Positions 1 through 12,292 of a stretch of 64,000 nucleotides of DNA are shown piece by piece. Every line of letters starts with the position of its first letter. Position 1 is the stretch's first letter. The stretch lies in the NCBI GenBank assembly GCA_022605425.2, contig CM061246.1, positions 806,001-870,000 of the forward strand, in the 5' to 3' direction. The position numbers and the translations under genes were made by a program. Under the pieces are notes generated by a model, which was given only the letters and a program-made list of their open reading frames with translations, was not told the origin of the DNA and made no database searches. The stretch is from Hamiltosporidium tvaerminnensis FI-OER-3-3. Its lineage: Eukaryota > Fungi > Microsporidia.

Positions 1-365
1 CATGTATTTCCAATATTGAGTATAAAAGTCTTTGGAAAGATTCCTATTCTATATTTAACAAAGAACAACCTTATCTCGTGGATTTATATTCAGTTTTTTT
101 TAGCAATTTTTAAAAATAAACAACATTTCTTTCATCATTATATTTAAATTACAGTTTTGAATACAATTTGATGTTTTTCTATCTCTTTCTATATGAAACA
201 CAGTAATTTGAATTTTTTATACACTTTTCCAACAATATTCTTATATATTCTATATTTAAAATTAAGAAAGCAATTACGATTACAAAAGTAATTATCTTTT
301 TTGATGTTTAGTTGCAACATTAGAAAATATTTATTTTATGAAAAAAGCGCTTCAGCCTTGGAAAA

Positions 366-1295
366 ATGACGATTCTAGAATATAAAATATATGTTAAAAA
401 TAAAGAAAATATTGAAAAAATGCTGTCCTATTCGGTAACAAATAGCATGAAAATACTTTTAATAATTCAATTCGATTGTGAAAAACATCATATTATAAGA
501 AAATATTACCATCTAATATTTCTATTGAAGAAAAAAAATAAATCGAAATCTGTTATATTTATAGGATTTGATGAGAATAAAGAAACTGATAAATTAAAAC
601 TTTTAGATATTTCAAATATAGAAGACTATATTAATTACAATATAAGTGAATATTATAATAGTGAATGTGAGGATGATGAATGTGAGGATAACAGTACTGC
701 TAATTATATTGATTATAAACATGATGCTGCAATAGTTAATATCGCTAAAATTGATGCAAATAATATAACTTCATGTGATACTACAAATATATTTGAATCC
801 AATATATTTAGAAAGGCAAATATAGATTGTAAATTATATAACGATGAAAAATATTCCAGTGTAGTTGTAGGAGGTACATTTGATAGAATTCACGAAGGTC
901 ATTTTTTATTATTATCTACCGCCTTTTTATTAGTAAAAGAAAAATTAACTATAGGACTGACAACAGAAGTATTACACATAAAAAAAGCATACAAAGAAAT
1001 TATTCAAACGTACAAAGAAAGGAAAGAAATAGTAATTTTTTTTTGTAAAATATTTGGAATAAAAAAAGCTGTGATTTCTCCATTATCTGATTTTATTGGA
1101 TTGACCGATAAAGAAAATTTTGATTGTGTTGTTGTATCTGAAGAAACTTACAAAGTGTCATTGCTTTTGAATGAAATTAGACGCAAAAAGAATCTTGCCC
1201 TCATGAAAATTGTTGTAACACCTATGATTTCTACCAAAACATACCGTATAAGTTCTTCAGAACTAAGAAGAAAGGAACTATCTAATATTTTCTAA
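366..1295 (+). CDS. CAB4: Phosphopantetheine adenylyltransferase (cytidylyltransferase-like, eukaryotic CAB4/PPAT type)
   Basis: VVVGGTFDRIHEGH (HxGH nucleotidyltransferase motif), VVVSEET and C-terminal RISSSELRR, typical of eukaryotic/archaeal PPAT. Confidence 0.85.
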   Translation: MTILEYKIYVKNKENIEKMLSYSVTNSMKILLIIQFDCEKHHIIRKYYHLIFLLKKKNKSKSVIFIGFDENKETDKLKLLDISNIEDYINYNISEYYNSECEDDECEDNSTANYIDYKHDAAIVNIAKIDANNITSCDTTNIFESNIFRKANIDCKLYNDEKYSSVVVGGTFDRIHEGHFLLLSTAFLLVKEKLTIGLTTEVLHIKKAYKEIIQTYKERKEIVIFFCKIFGIKKAVISPLSDFIGLTDKENFDCVVVSEETYKVSLLLNEIRRKKNLALMKIVVTPMISTKTYRISSSELRRKELSNIF

Positions 1296-1549
1296 GGCTA
1301 CTCATACGAAATGGTATTTCTTTGACTATTTAAATTATAATTTGCATATTCCCTATTATATTACAGTTTCTATATTAAAAATAAGAAAAATAATAGAATG
1401 TTGATAGATCATCAATAGGTTCTAAATTATAAATGCATCAGATTAAAAATTATTTAATACTTTGTAATTTTCTTTCTTGCTTTTGTTTGCTTTATTTTAC
1501 ATCTTTTCTTGTTTTATTTGGCTCGTTCCTTAATATTTTGAGTCGGTAT

Positions 1550-4500
1550 TTGTATTTCGAAGAAGAGAGAGAATAACTGCATGGAAAACTATCTGCTTAG
1601 AAATAAGCGTAATTTGTGTGTAAATCATTGTCTAAATTTGAGTAGAATATCAACTACATTTAATCTACAGGCTAATTCCTTATAATCCTGAATTACAATA
1701 AATTAAAGAAACGAATGGAAAAATAAAGGACTGTCTCAAACCGATTGACCCGGTGTGCAATCAGACCATGAATTATGGAACAAAAAAGTATGAGGTTATT
1801 GATGGAGACAATAGAGGAACCTGTGAATGTTGAAATGGGTGGATCTCTTAAACCGGCTTTTTGTGAAAGCGATCAAGCCCGGGAAATGCTAAACTGTGAC
1901 CAGCTTGAGAATATTTTGCCCTTCGTTTTTTCATCTTTAACAACAGAAATAGAAGAGAACCGGAATAGCAAATTAAGGTTTTGATTTCGATCATTTTATC
2001 TACATCTTGGGTGAATGATTTTGGTATTTATCAGCCTGGTCCATTCTTCCTTATTTGCGCCTATGTGTATTGAGTATATTGTTTTTCGTATCTCTATGCT
2101 TCTTGTATGACTTCCATTGATGCCTTTTCTCAATTCTAATTGACAATTTGTAAAGATTCAATTTTCTTTGTCAATAAAAATAAATACCATAACCTTTTCT
2201 TTGAGTTTCTTGATTAAATGTAAGATTTTATTCTTATTAATATATGGAGTGCCACATGTCTATCTTATGCTATTAATTACAATAACATCTATAGGTTATT
2301 AAAAAGGAAATAATCTTACCAAAAAGTCTATAAATAATATGCAATTTGTTCAGAAAATATGTTATACTTACTTGGTTTTTTCGCATAACAATTTTAACTA
2401 ATCTTGTGAAGAAATTCAAACCCGAATAGATGGCAAATTATTAAATTTACCTTTCAAACTAAGCATTTTGATCTACTTTTTCTAACTTAAGAATGAATTT
2501 TATCTTTGTACGGCATTCTGATTTCCGTAGACACTTTTACAAAATTTTCTTTAAAAAAATGCATCTTAAAGGTTTTGGTTTTAAAAGCTAATTTAAAGTA
2601 AGTAGATATCGAGATCAGATGGCTTTTTTATGGCTTTTAGTATAATCATATTTGGGTATTGTTTCTATTCATTTTTGAGTACTTGACAAACGCACTGGAG
2701 ATTGAACAATTATGGCATATTCCTTCTAATTAAAATAGATTTTCATCTTATATATAATAGAAAGCACCTTTTCCAAGTGGCTTAATGTTCTTTCTTATAT
2801 GATTTGACGAGGAATTACTATCATACGCTAACCAAGTTTTTCTAACCTTATAAGCTTGAATGCAATTTTCTGTTTTCGATTATATTAATATTATATATAA
2901 AATATTCTTCAGTAAATTCTCAAGTGTCTCTTTCAAAACCTCTCTTTGTGAGATAAATTTATCTTGATAAATTCTTTTATCAGTTCAAAGCCCGTTTAAA
3001 AGTGGTTTTTAATCGTAAAATTGCACCCACTAGTAATTTTTCTTTATCTATTTCCAGATTATTCCGGAGTTGCAAAGACATATATACCTTCGAAATTATA
3101 CACATTTTAGGCCTCTTTCAAATCTAAATGTTTGCGCTTAGATTCTTTCCTTACAGCTTATTATGTAAGTCTTGTTTTTTTATCAACATTGCACGTATCC
3201 CACAATTGAATCAGATACATTAGCCGGTTCGGGCCGAAAACTTCTCAAGATTGTTGACTAACATATCTCATGTTCCTCAATTAGATAAACTAAATTTTAT
3301 GAATTTAATTTGGCGTAACAAAGTTTCACAAGTCTGTGTATAACCTTCTCTTGGTCCATAAATAAACCGTCTGTTGTATTCTTTGCCATCTTATTTTCCT
3401 CAAAAATCTGTAGAAAACAATCTTCTAAACGTAGAAGCTCCTACACAAAACGTATCGTTTTTATATTTTTCTTTTTTCTTATTTCGTGCTGCCTATCATC
3501 AAGAAATATTACATTTTGTGGGCTATTAAGGCTAAAGTAGCACATACTGACTACAAGAAGCAAGAAATACAAATATAAGGGGGGATCGATTTGGGCAATT
3601 CTTATCTACATCTATTTCTTCCTTTGTACATTGGTATTTAAGTTCGCTGCTTAAAGAATCTATATATGCACAAAAATGCGAAAATATTTTTTTTGGAATA
3701 ACTCATATTTTAATCTTCTTGTTCCAATTTTTTTCTACTGATATAACATTCTTTGTTTTGATATTCTTGCCAAGAAATTTCAGGATCGAGCCAGAAGGTG
3801 CAGTTTTTATTGCATTCTATCAAATAAGCAAGGAAAATCATACCAAAGGCTTTCCAACATAAATAAATAGTGATTCCGGGAGGTTTATGTACTATCTGTA
3901 AGAGCCCGTAAATTTTTACCTATTTTTTGGTCCTTGCATCCCTGTCACTACTCATATTGGACTTTCGGTGAGTAACTTATGTATTTTCTGCTTCAAGTCA
4001 AACAATTATTACATAATTGTCACTGAACAATAGATGCCGTATTATATGCCGATCAATTCTATGTAAACCCTCTTTTTGCATTTTTATTTGACTCAAAGGC
4101 GTAGGTTTATAGTGATACTGATTATCGTAAGAGGTTTTTTTTAAGCCCTAACAAAAAAATGAAGATATTTGTGAAGTGCTATAAGTCTCTTGATTAGAAA
4201 AATAAATGCTATCTATTCCAGCAGCTATACAATCATAAAGCTGATAAATGATATTTATAGACAAATAAATATATTTAAATTACCAGAAAGGATTCTTGTT
4301 GAAAATACATTAAGTATGTCTCATTTGTAATTGTTTTATTGCTTTTACATAGCAAAGCATAAAGTTCTCGGCTTAATAATGATCGGTTGTATTCCTGATT
4401 GCACGAACTCATATAACATTAAGTAAAATTGTTCGCAAAATAGCTCAAATGATTGAATCTCTGCTCGTACTTACTTCCTATAGTTTTGAATCGTATGTAT

Positions 4501-5700
4501 TTTTTTAAAATACTTCTAAGTCATTCTTCCCATGTAAAACAGATATATGTTTTTTTGTTTTATCATTATTTAAACTCACGCAAAATTTCATGCAATTTAT
4601 TTGAGTAAACGCAATCTATCTCTTAGCTATACGCTTGTGTAAAGAAATTATTAAAAAGTAGAACTTAAAGATTTCACATTCTATGTTTTCTTTTTGTGCA
4701 AATCTGGATTTCTTTTTACTCAAACTTCGTAAAAAATACAACCAATTCCTTTCTGATATTCAGCGTGCCTATATCGGATCAGGATAACTGATAATCAAAG
4801 CATTAGAGGCTATATAATTGATAAAATTATGGTTTTCTTATTTCTAACCAATTTATTTGGAAGTTGTCTAGTTCGAACCAATATTTTTTCAATTTCCTTG
4901 TCCTAGATTTCTTTGATTTTGCATTACTAATTATATCTCAGGGTAATTTTGTGGAAGTGCTTAAGCCAGTAAACGTGGCTTAGTGGAAAACTGGCGATTC
5001 TAAGCTACACTTGGCTTTCATCTTAATTTCTTTTCTTTGGCTATTAGATTCAGAAATAAGTTTTTAAAGACATAGAGAGTTACAGAACACCGAATTTCTC
5101 ATTCTTGTACTTATGAAATTTTGTTGAATTCTTTCAGCTCGTTCTTTCAAACCCTGTATGTACTGCAAAAAAAGCCAAACATATTCCTGCTAATCAGATT
5201 TTACTGAGTCGAGTATTGCAAAAAATGCTAAATCAGTTTTCCTCTTTATAGTCAAACAATCTACTTAGAAGTATTCGAGTTCGAAAAATACAATACCGAT
5301 TTTCTTCTCATGAATTTATTCGATTTTACAAATCACTTTTCACTCCAGTATATAAAGTGGGGTGTTATTTAGGGAATATGGCTAATTGCAGCCTAATTTT
5401 TCACAAATTGTTGGTAACAGAAGGGTCAAATTTCTTGTTGCAATAAATATAAGCATTCTCTATCTCTTTCAAAGACCTTTCTAGACCTTAGCTGTACTGG
5501 AAAAAAACAATATAAAGCTATTTTTTCTCTGGCTTTAGAGTGGTTTGTATGGAATACAGAATTATAAGTCTATTTTCTTTCGGAATAGTTCGGTATTAAG
5601 GGCGAAATAGAATTGGCAGGTTCGCATATAGAGTTCGAAAGCGAAGAAGTTTAAAAATTTACGCTCACGAGAAATTATGTCATTCTATAAATTGAAGCAG
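1550..5700 (-). mobile_element. Heavily degraded mobile-element relic, possibly LTR-retrotransposon-derived
   Basis: About 4 kb with higher GC than its flanks and no long ORF. Only weak minus-strand motif echoes (F-D-T-G-like near 5345, YPxP-like near 4780, FTIKxH-like near 3010). Family not established. Confidence 0.25.
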
Positions 5701-6337
5701 TATTTTTTCTTAGCTGTCGAAAGTATATTATAATTGTTTTATATTCAAAAATGATAATCCTTATAGATGAGATCGCTATTGGTTTTTAAATGTTTCCTCG
5801 CGCTCATTAATCTACTCCATATACTTGTAGTTTTTTTTTTAATTTTTGAATTTTCACCGTGAATATATTCATTATACAGATTCCTATTTTATATTATAGT
5901 CAATTAATCAGATTCAAGAAATGTGAGGAACAAATATTAAAAAGAATGAATATAGATTCACTTATTTTTCAAATAAAAAACAAAAAGATGTGTTTACCCA
6001 ACAAATGATTCCTTATAATACAATATCACTAAAATTCCTTTGAAAAATAAAAGATAGATTTAATAAACAAACTAAACGAATAAAATTCAGTATTCTAGTT
6101 TTATAGTCGTAAAACAGAAAAAATGAATTATTTGAGTTCAAATAAAAAATTTAATTCCGTTTATTTTTACAGTGTTAGGTTTTTAAATGCTTTGTGTTTC
6201 TAGATTTAATATAATAAGTTGTTAGCAAACAAAGAAAAACTTTCAGATTCAAAATTATTCGAAAACCAAACAAATTAAGAGCAAAATTTAATGTTACGTT
6301 TTGAGAATAGTATAAATGAATTTAGATTAATAAATTT

Positions 6338-6492
6338 AATCCCTGGTTTTTTAGACAAATCGATTGTGTCTTTATGATATATATGAATTTATACGAATTT
6401 AGGATTTATGAAATACAATCCCAGGTTTTTTAGACAATTTGATTGTGTCTTTATGATATATATGAATTTTTACGAATTGAGGATTTATAAAA
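6338..6492. repeat. Tandem duplication, ~80-bp unit x2
   Basis: ATCCCTGGTTTTTTAGACAAATCGATTGTGTCTTTATGATATATATGAATT recurs ~80 nt later with few mismatches. Confidence 0.9.
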
Positions 6493-7106
6493 ATTCAAAA
6501 TAATATTTCTACTTCCTTAATTGTATTTGTTCTTTTTAAAGAATATAATAAAAATTAAAAGTTAATTATTATATTTAATCTACTTCAAATTTTGTCTAAT
6601 ACATATTAATATTTAATTTAAGATATTGGCATCAATTTATTTGTATTATTACTCCATAATATTTAAATAAAAGTAGGTTTCACCTAATAAATTTGATTCT
6701 AATCACTTGAAAACTCTAAAATAAATTTAAAAGTATATTTATAATTTTTAAATATCTAATATTTTATTTAAATTACAATTTAAATAACTGAAAAATATTT
6801 TATAACAATGATTGGAATTGAATTATATTCTACGAAACAATTCTATAAACTAAAACAATTAAATAATTTATGGACTAATTTCGCTTATAATAAAAGGAAA
6901 TAGCGTATTTTAAAATATAATTAGTCGTTACAAAATCAAACAATTTAATTTGTTATTTTACTTACATATTACTTAAATTAAAATGATTCTAAGAATAATT
7001 ATCTTTATAAGTACAATCTACATTTTACTTGTAACAATTATTAGAATTTAAAAAGTTCTTAAAACAAAATTTTTATTAATTTTAATAATTTAATTTATCA
7101 AATAAA

Positions 7107-7844
7107 ATGTATAAAAATGTTAGAGATATAGATTTTATGTTAAGAAAATTGAATATATTCCCATCTTTAGTACGATATTTATTAATATTAATATCAATTT
7201 ATATCTTATTGGCTTTTACAGTAACTTATAGGACTCATAATTATTTATTGAAGAATATTGAAAAGTTTGTACAAACCGAAAAAGGTAAATATGCGATGAG
7301 TGTTTTAAGTACGAATTTATTAATTTTATTATTCAAGAAGGAAGATAAAGATATAAACGGAACGATAAGATATCCATCAGAAGAAGCTACGGTTACAGAA
7401 GAATGTTATACAAAAATTCATAATTCTTTATCACGAAAAGGTGTGCCTATGTATTTTATAAGAGATATGGATATATTTGAAAATGAGTGTAGCAACACAT
7501 TGGAGCTTAAAAACTTTTTTAAATTGACGAATTCAATGTTTTTTAAAGCATTTAGACTATTGGGATTATCACGTGTTCCCAAATACTTGTGTGTGTCTAA
7601 ATTTCTGAAACTTTATAATTTTATTTGTTCAAATTCTGTGCCAAAAACGAATCAAGAGGAACGAAACATTGTATTTTATACGGGTGATGAAGAACTAAAA
7701 TCTCTTTGCTTTGATTTAAAATTTGATCTGGAGGGTGTGCCACCTATTAATCAAAAGGATTTTTCAATAAGCTTTTCCGAATTTGGTGATTCAAAAATTC
7801 TTATGAACAAAATATTGGCTTATATGATTTTCTCCCAAATCTAA
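7107..7844 (+). CDS. Hypothetical protein with N-terminal transmembrane anchor
   Basis: 245-aa ORF with coding-like composition inside very AT-rich DNA; hydrophobic LVRYLLILISIYILLAFTV segment; no family recognised. Confidence 0.7.
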   Translation: MYKNVRDIDFMLRKLNIFPSLVRYLLILISIYILLAFTVTYRTHNYLLKNIEKFVQTEKGKYAMSVLSTNLLILLFKKEDKDINGTIRYPSEEATVTEECYTKIHNSLSRKGVPMYFIRDMDIFENECSNTLELKNFFKLTNSMFFKAFRLLGLSRVPKYLCVSKFLKLYNFICSNSVPKTNQEERNIVFYTGDEELKSLCFDLKFDLEGVPPINQKDFSISFSEFGDSKILMNKILAYMIFSQI

Positions 7845-8675
7845 TGTCGTTATTAAAGTAAAAGTAGGTTTAAATTGTTTTTTTGTAAATTTTTCTTTTC
7901 ATTTTTTAAAAACTAAATTATATTTTCGTTTCATGAAAAAAAAATTTAAATTGAACATCTATTCAATACTATATTAAGCACAAAGGCTCGACGAATATAC
8001 TACAAATAGATCTATTCTAGTAATTTATTGCAAGTTTTTAAATACTTAACAAATTTACATAAAATTCTTATAAATTGATTTATAATATCTTAGACTTTCT
8101 ATAAAACGTCCAATTTTTTGCTTAAAAAGCTACAGATATGTTAATCAATCAGAATTTAGTCTAAATTTCTTATTTCTTGAACTAATAATACATCTTTAAT
8201 TATTTTTTTCTTGAATTTTACCAAATTATTTTTTTGAGTTTAAAAATATTTTTATTTTTTAAACAGAAAACTATAACATTAATGTAAATATCTAGTATAT
8301 ATGTTTAAAGTTTTTTTGATTTACTTTATATAGTATTCAAGTACCAATTATTAGTAAAATATAAGAAAAAATAAATGAAAATTTTCTTCTGTATCTTATT
8401 GCATAAACAATATATTTTTAATTTATCAAATATATTTTTTTCAGATTTGTTTTTACATTTACTTTTAAAATTAGAAGTTTTTAGTTTCACGCTAAACATT
8501 TTTATACTAAAAATTTACAGAAAATTTATATCCTAACCAAACTTTTTATCATAAAAACCATCTTATTATAAAAAAAATATTTTGTAAAAAAATTATATTA
8601 TTCTGATAATCTTCTTAGGAAAATACAGATTTTAAACAAATATTTAATTTACATTCTATTGCAGGATTAATAAAA

Positions 8676-8681
8676 CCACCC
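8676..8681 (+). promoter_or_regulatory. Microsporidian CCC-like motif immediately 5' of the start codon (example: RRS1)
   Basis: CCACCC-ATG. Similar CCC motifs lie within ~30 nt of the ATG of SF3B6 (14675-14677), RPC2 (23563-23566, minus), PRP8 (47156-47159), AMD1, ATM1, EAF6 and the DDT gene. Confidence 0.65.
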
Positions 8682-9071
8682 ATGTATATTGATCTTCACA
8701 ATTTAGTTATAACAGATAACGACAAAGTAGAAGAAGAAGATATAAATTCTAAAGTATCAAAACTTCTTAGAACTGCATTTAATTTAATTAAACGAATTCC
8801 TCCAACTGGAAGTGGTAAAGATTTTCTTTGGGAACATTCAACAAAAAGAATAATACATCCTCGTATGTATCCCAAAGAAGAAAAAAAACGAACGAGGTGG
8901 GAATTATTTGCAGAAAAGAAAGGTATTAATAGAAAGAAAAGCCGTAATAAAAAATATGAAGATGACTTACAGGATTATGTTCCTAAGTATGGAAAAAACA
9001 GTAAAAAAAATCTTGAAAAATCTGTTGGTATTTATGAAATAAAAAGTACATTAAAAAAGAAAGCGAAGTAA
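8682..9071 (+). CDS. RRS1: Ribosome biogenesis regulatory protein Rrs1
   Basis: PRMYPKEEKKRTRWELFAEKKGI...YEDDLQDYVPKYG matches the Rrs1 core (PREKP..K..TKWE.FA..KGI....W.PRWG). Confidence 0.88.
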   Translation: MYIDLHNLVITDNDKVEEEDINSKVSKLLRTAFNLIKRIPPTGSGKDFLWEHSTKRIIHPRMYPKEEKKRTRWELFAEKKGINRKKSRNKKYEDDLQDYVPKYGKNSKKNLEKSVGIYEIKSTLKKKAK

Positions 9072-9413
9072 ATATTTCTAAATTTATATTAAAATAAATA
9101 TTTTGTTATAAAAATACTATTTCCTTCCTATTTCCACATTTAAAATTGTAATAAATAATTTTTGTTGTTTAAGAAACTAGAAATTTCAAAAATTTTCGTA
9201 AAAATGAATTATTTTTAAAAAATGTATTATTCTTAAAAAAATGTAAAAAAACTATACAAAACATAAGTTATAATATTAAATAAAAAAAATCGGCAATAAA
9301 ACATGGAATCATTCAAAAAAAAGAAATTTAAAAAGATTTTTACATTCTAAATCTGAATAGAAAAATGAAATTGTGCAAGAATAGAAGAAAAAACATTTTC
9401 TTTATTTTCTAAG

Positions 9414-10952
9414 TCAATTTTCTTTTGCCAACAGAAGAACTTCTTGAATATGTCTTAGCCCAGAAGAAAGTATGGTTTCCGTTCTGTTTCCTGGCTTTAT
9501 TCTTCTTAAAAACATAGATAAGCCAGCGTAATCAAGTAAATAATAAGTCGATTCATAAAAATAAAAAATCTTTTTTTCTATTCTGTAAAACTTTGCTCCT
9601 TTATAGGAACCCAAATCGGCTCTATATCTTGTTTCAAGTATTTCTACATCAAGGTCTTTAAGTCTTTCGGAAATCTCGTCAATCTTTTCTGTCATTTTAA
9701 TTTTTTCTTCTTCTGTTTTTATTTCTTTAAAGTCGTTTCTATGTTTTCTTACATTGACACTTAATTCATATTTTTCTTTTTCCAATGACTTCAATTTATC
9801 CAAGACTTTTGAAACGATATCTCTCACGGTATTTGAGAATATTACACATTCAATTAAAAATTTTACGAATAAAAGTCTGTCTTTTACAGAAAATTCCATT
9901 GATTGTGATTTTCTTCTTTTTTCAAGTGAAAATTCTTTAAAACTCATTATTTTTTGCAATCCGTACACCTCGTTGACATCAAAGATGAAACTTTTAATGT
10001 AAGTTTTCCAATTCGAATGTGTCATATCCCCAGAAAACCATTGAATTCTTTTAAATCCCCCACTATTTGGTGCTGCTGCGTCTGTTTCAATTTTACATAT
10101 ATCCAATGCTCCTTCAATATACGTTTTTATACAATCTCTACCATGTTTTTTTCTTTCATTCACCAAAATCTTTAAGAGTTTTGAATGAATCAAAAAAATT
10201 ATTTTTGATTCGTATTCTGCTTCCGAGAATGAACTTGCAAGTTCCTCGATAGTAAAACTGGGAACTGAAATTTGGTCGCCAAAAAAATTAAAAAATGAAA
10301 AAATTTCTAATAAAAGTCCAACATTTTCTCCTTTGAAACCGCAGATATCCAATTCTTTGCCATTTAAAGATTTAAAAAAACTATCGGTATTATTCATAAG
10401 ATCAACCAAAATTCTTTTGGGTTTCTCGATTTTAAGTTGTTCAACAACCTGTGGAGCCGGAATCGGTGACTTTTTATTGATTGCTTGTTTGGGAAATCTA
10501 ATTCGAGATTGATGCTTTTTTATCTGCTCACGATATTCTGTAGTCTGAGGTGTCTTCTTTAAATTATTAGTGTTTGATTTATTTCTTTGACTCAAATCAG
10601 ATAAAATATTTGGTTTAAGAATTCGTCCGAACGGTGTTTCATTTGTAATATTTTGTAAATAATTCATAACTTCATTCTTAGTAATTTGATCTCTTCTCAT
10701 TAAATCCTTATATAATATTTTATCAGTCTCCATTTTATTTTCATAATGAAGTCCTACAATATATGTTCCTTGATAAGAACTTAATATTCTACCCGTCATT
10801 TCTTTGCTTTTAACAAAAACAGTCTCATCATTAATAAAATTAGCAGAAAGTGTCTGAACAATTTGATTAACTGTCTCTGTTATTGGTTGAACACTATTTT
10901 CTAAAAAATATTGTGCTATATATTTCTTAATTGAAATACTTTCAATCATCAA
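9414..10952 (-). CDS. DDT-domain ISWI chromatin-remodelling accessory subunit (Itc1/ACF1/BAZ1-like)
   Basis: LLLEIFSFFNFFGDQISVPSFTIEELASSF resembles a DDT domain; WHIM-like SVKDRLLFVKFL; coiled coil followed by R..LG..K...FY (WSD-like). Confidence 0.7.
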   Translation of the reverse strand: MMIESISIKKYIAQYFLENSVQPITETVNQIVQTLSANFINDETVFVKSKEMTGRILSSYQGTYIVGLHYENKMETDKILYKDLMRRDQITKNEVMNYLQNITNETPFGRILKPNILSDLSQRNKSNTNNLKKTPQTTEYREQIKKHQSRIRFPKQAINKKSPIPAPQVVEQLKIEKPKRILVDLMNNTDSFFKSLNGKELDICGFKGENVGLLLEIFSFFNFFGDQISVPSFTIEELASSFSEAEYESKIIFLIHSKLLKILVNERKKHGRDCIKTYIEGALDICKIETDAAAPNSGGFKRIQWFSGDMTHSNWKTYIKSFIFDVNEVYGLQKIMSFKEFSLEKRRKSQSMEFSVKDRLLFVKFLIECVIFSNTVRDIVSKVLDKLKSLEKEKYELSVNVRKHRNDFKEIKTEEEKIKMTEKIDEISERLKDLDVEILETRYRADLGSYKGAKFYRIEKKIFYFYESTYYLLDYAGLSMFLRRIKPGNRTETILSSGLRHIQEVLLLAKEN

Positions 10953-11845
10953 GGGTCTCTAATAAATTTCGGAAATTAAAGATAAAGAATCCTATTAAAC
11001 ATAAAAATAATGATCAATAAAATTTTTGTATAATTTATAAAAATTAAATAAAATTTATATTCTATTTTTTAAATTTAATAATTAATATTATAGATGCATG
11101 AATTTAATCGCGATATCTATTATCTTAAAATATATTTTAATAATTTATTATCTATGGAGATATTCTTTATGCAAAAATACTTAACTTAAAATTTATCTCT
11201 AACCATCCAATACAATTAGGGAAGTATAAATACGCAAATTATTAATACAATAAAAATTTATAATTCCAAATATTCATTTCGATATTTTAAACTTATAATG
11301 AATCAAATAAATGTTTTGATGATTGTATAATTTGAAAACAAAATACATCTATAAAAATTCAAACTATTCATCAAAAACTATGCAACTCGCGAAAATTTGA
11401 ATAAATATTTTTACTCATAATATTAAATATTTCCATATCGAGATAAAATTAAACTGTGCGACAAAAAAGTAATTATTTTAATTTATATTATTTTTGAATG
11501 TTATACAAATATATTATTAATCCTATATTATATTTAAGACAAAAAAGAATAATTATATCAGCTATATTACATGCCAAAGATATTTATTCGTTGAAGATAA
11601 AAATAAGTAATTCATAGAAGATTTAAATATATTTTCTATTTCGATTAAAAATCACTTAAAAGATAACTAATATATCAGTTTTGTTAATTAAAATATTTAA
11701 AAATATTAAAAAAAATTAAATGAAATATGGGAATATTGTAATTTGATGAAAGCTATTTGAGTAAAGTTATGAATCGGAATTCGATATTTTATTTGTCAAT
11801 TTATGATAAAAAAGAGTTAGAAAAATTGAAAATAAAAAATGTATT

Positions 11846-12292
11846 TTATTTGTCACCTCTGATACCAAACAATCTTTTCCTATGCATAAATCCAAATTTG
11901 GGAATTATAACGATACATAATGAAAATACACACAGATAAAACATTATTGCATTCCATTCCACAATATGGTTTCCGATTATAAATAATACAACAGGATAAA
12001 CACAAAGAAATATAAGAGATGGAGAGTTTTCTAGTTGTTCGGTCATTTGTTCCCAAAAAGTATGGCCACAATACTGATGATCAAAAGGATCCCCAATAAT
12101 CCAGTGAAAAAATATAAATGAACAGAAATTATATGTTAAAATTGTCAATTGCCAACTCAAATTTGGATTAAATAACTGCGCATATAAAACCTTTACCAGG
12201 ATTGTAACTGTTATATGAGTTATCCAACTACCTTTTTGTAATGTCCATGCTACATTCTGTGATACCCCACTCGGAATAACTGGTTGTTTCAT
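11846..12292 (-). CDS. ORM1: ORMDL/Orm1 family regulator of serine palmitoyltransferase
   Basis: NVAWTLQKGSW, IFFHWIIGDPF, TFWEQM and PKFGFMHRKRLFGI are diagnostic ORMDL motifs. Confidence 0.92.
   Translation of the reverse strand: MKQPVIPSGVSQNVAWTLQKGSWITHITVTILVKVLYAQLFNPNLSWQLTILTYNFCSFIFFHWIIGDPFDHQYCGHTFWEQMTEQLENSPSLIFLCVYPVVLFIIGNHIVEWNAIMFYLCVFSLCIVIIPKFGFMHRKRLFGIRGDK

Noticed and set aside
4146-4197. CCC motif followed by ATG-KIFVK, resembling a ubiquitin start
   Set aside because: Stops after 12 codons; no intron signal or downstream ubiquitin sequence found.
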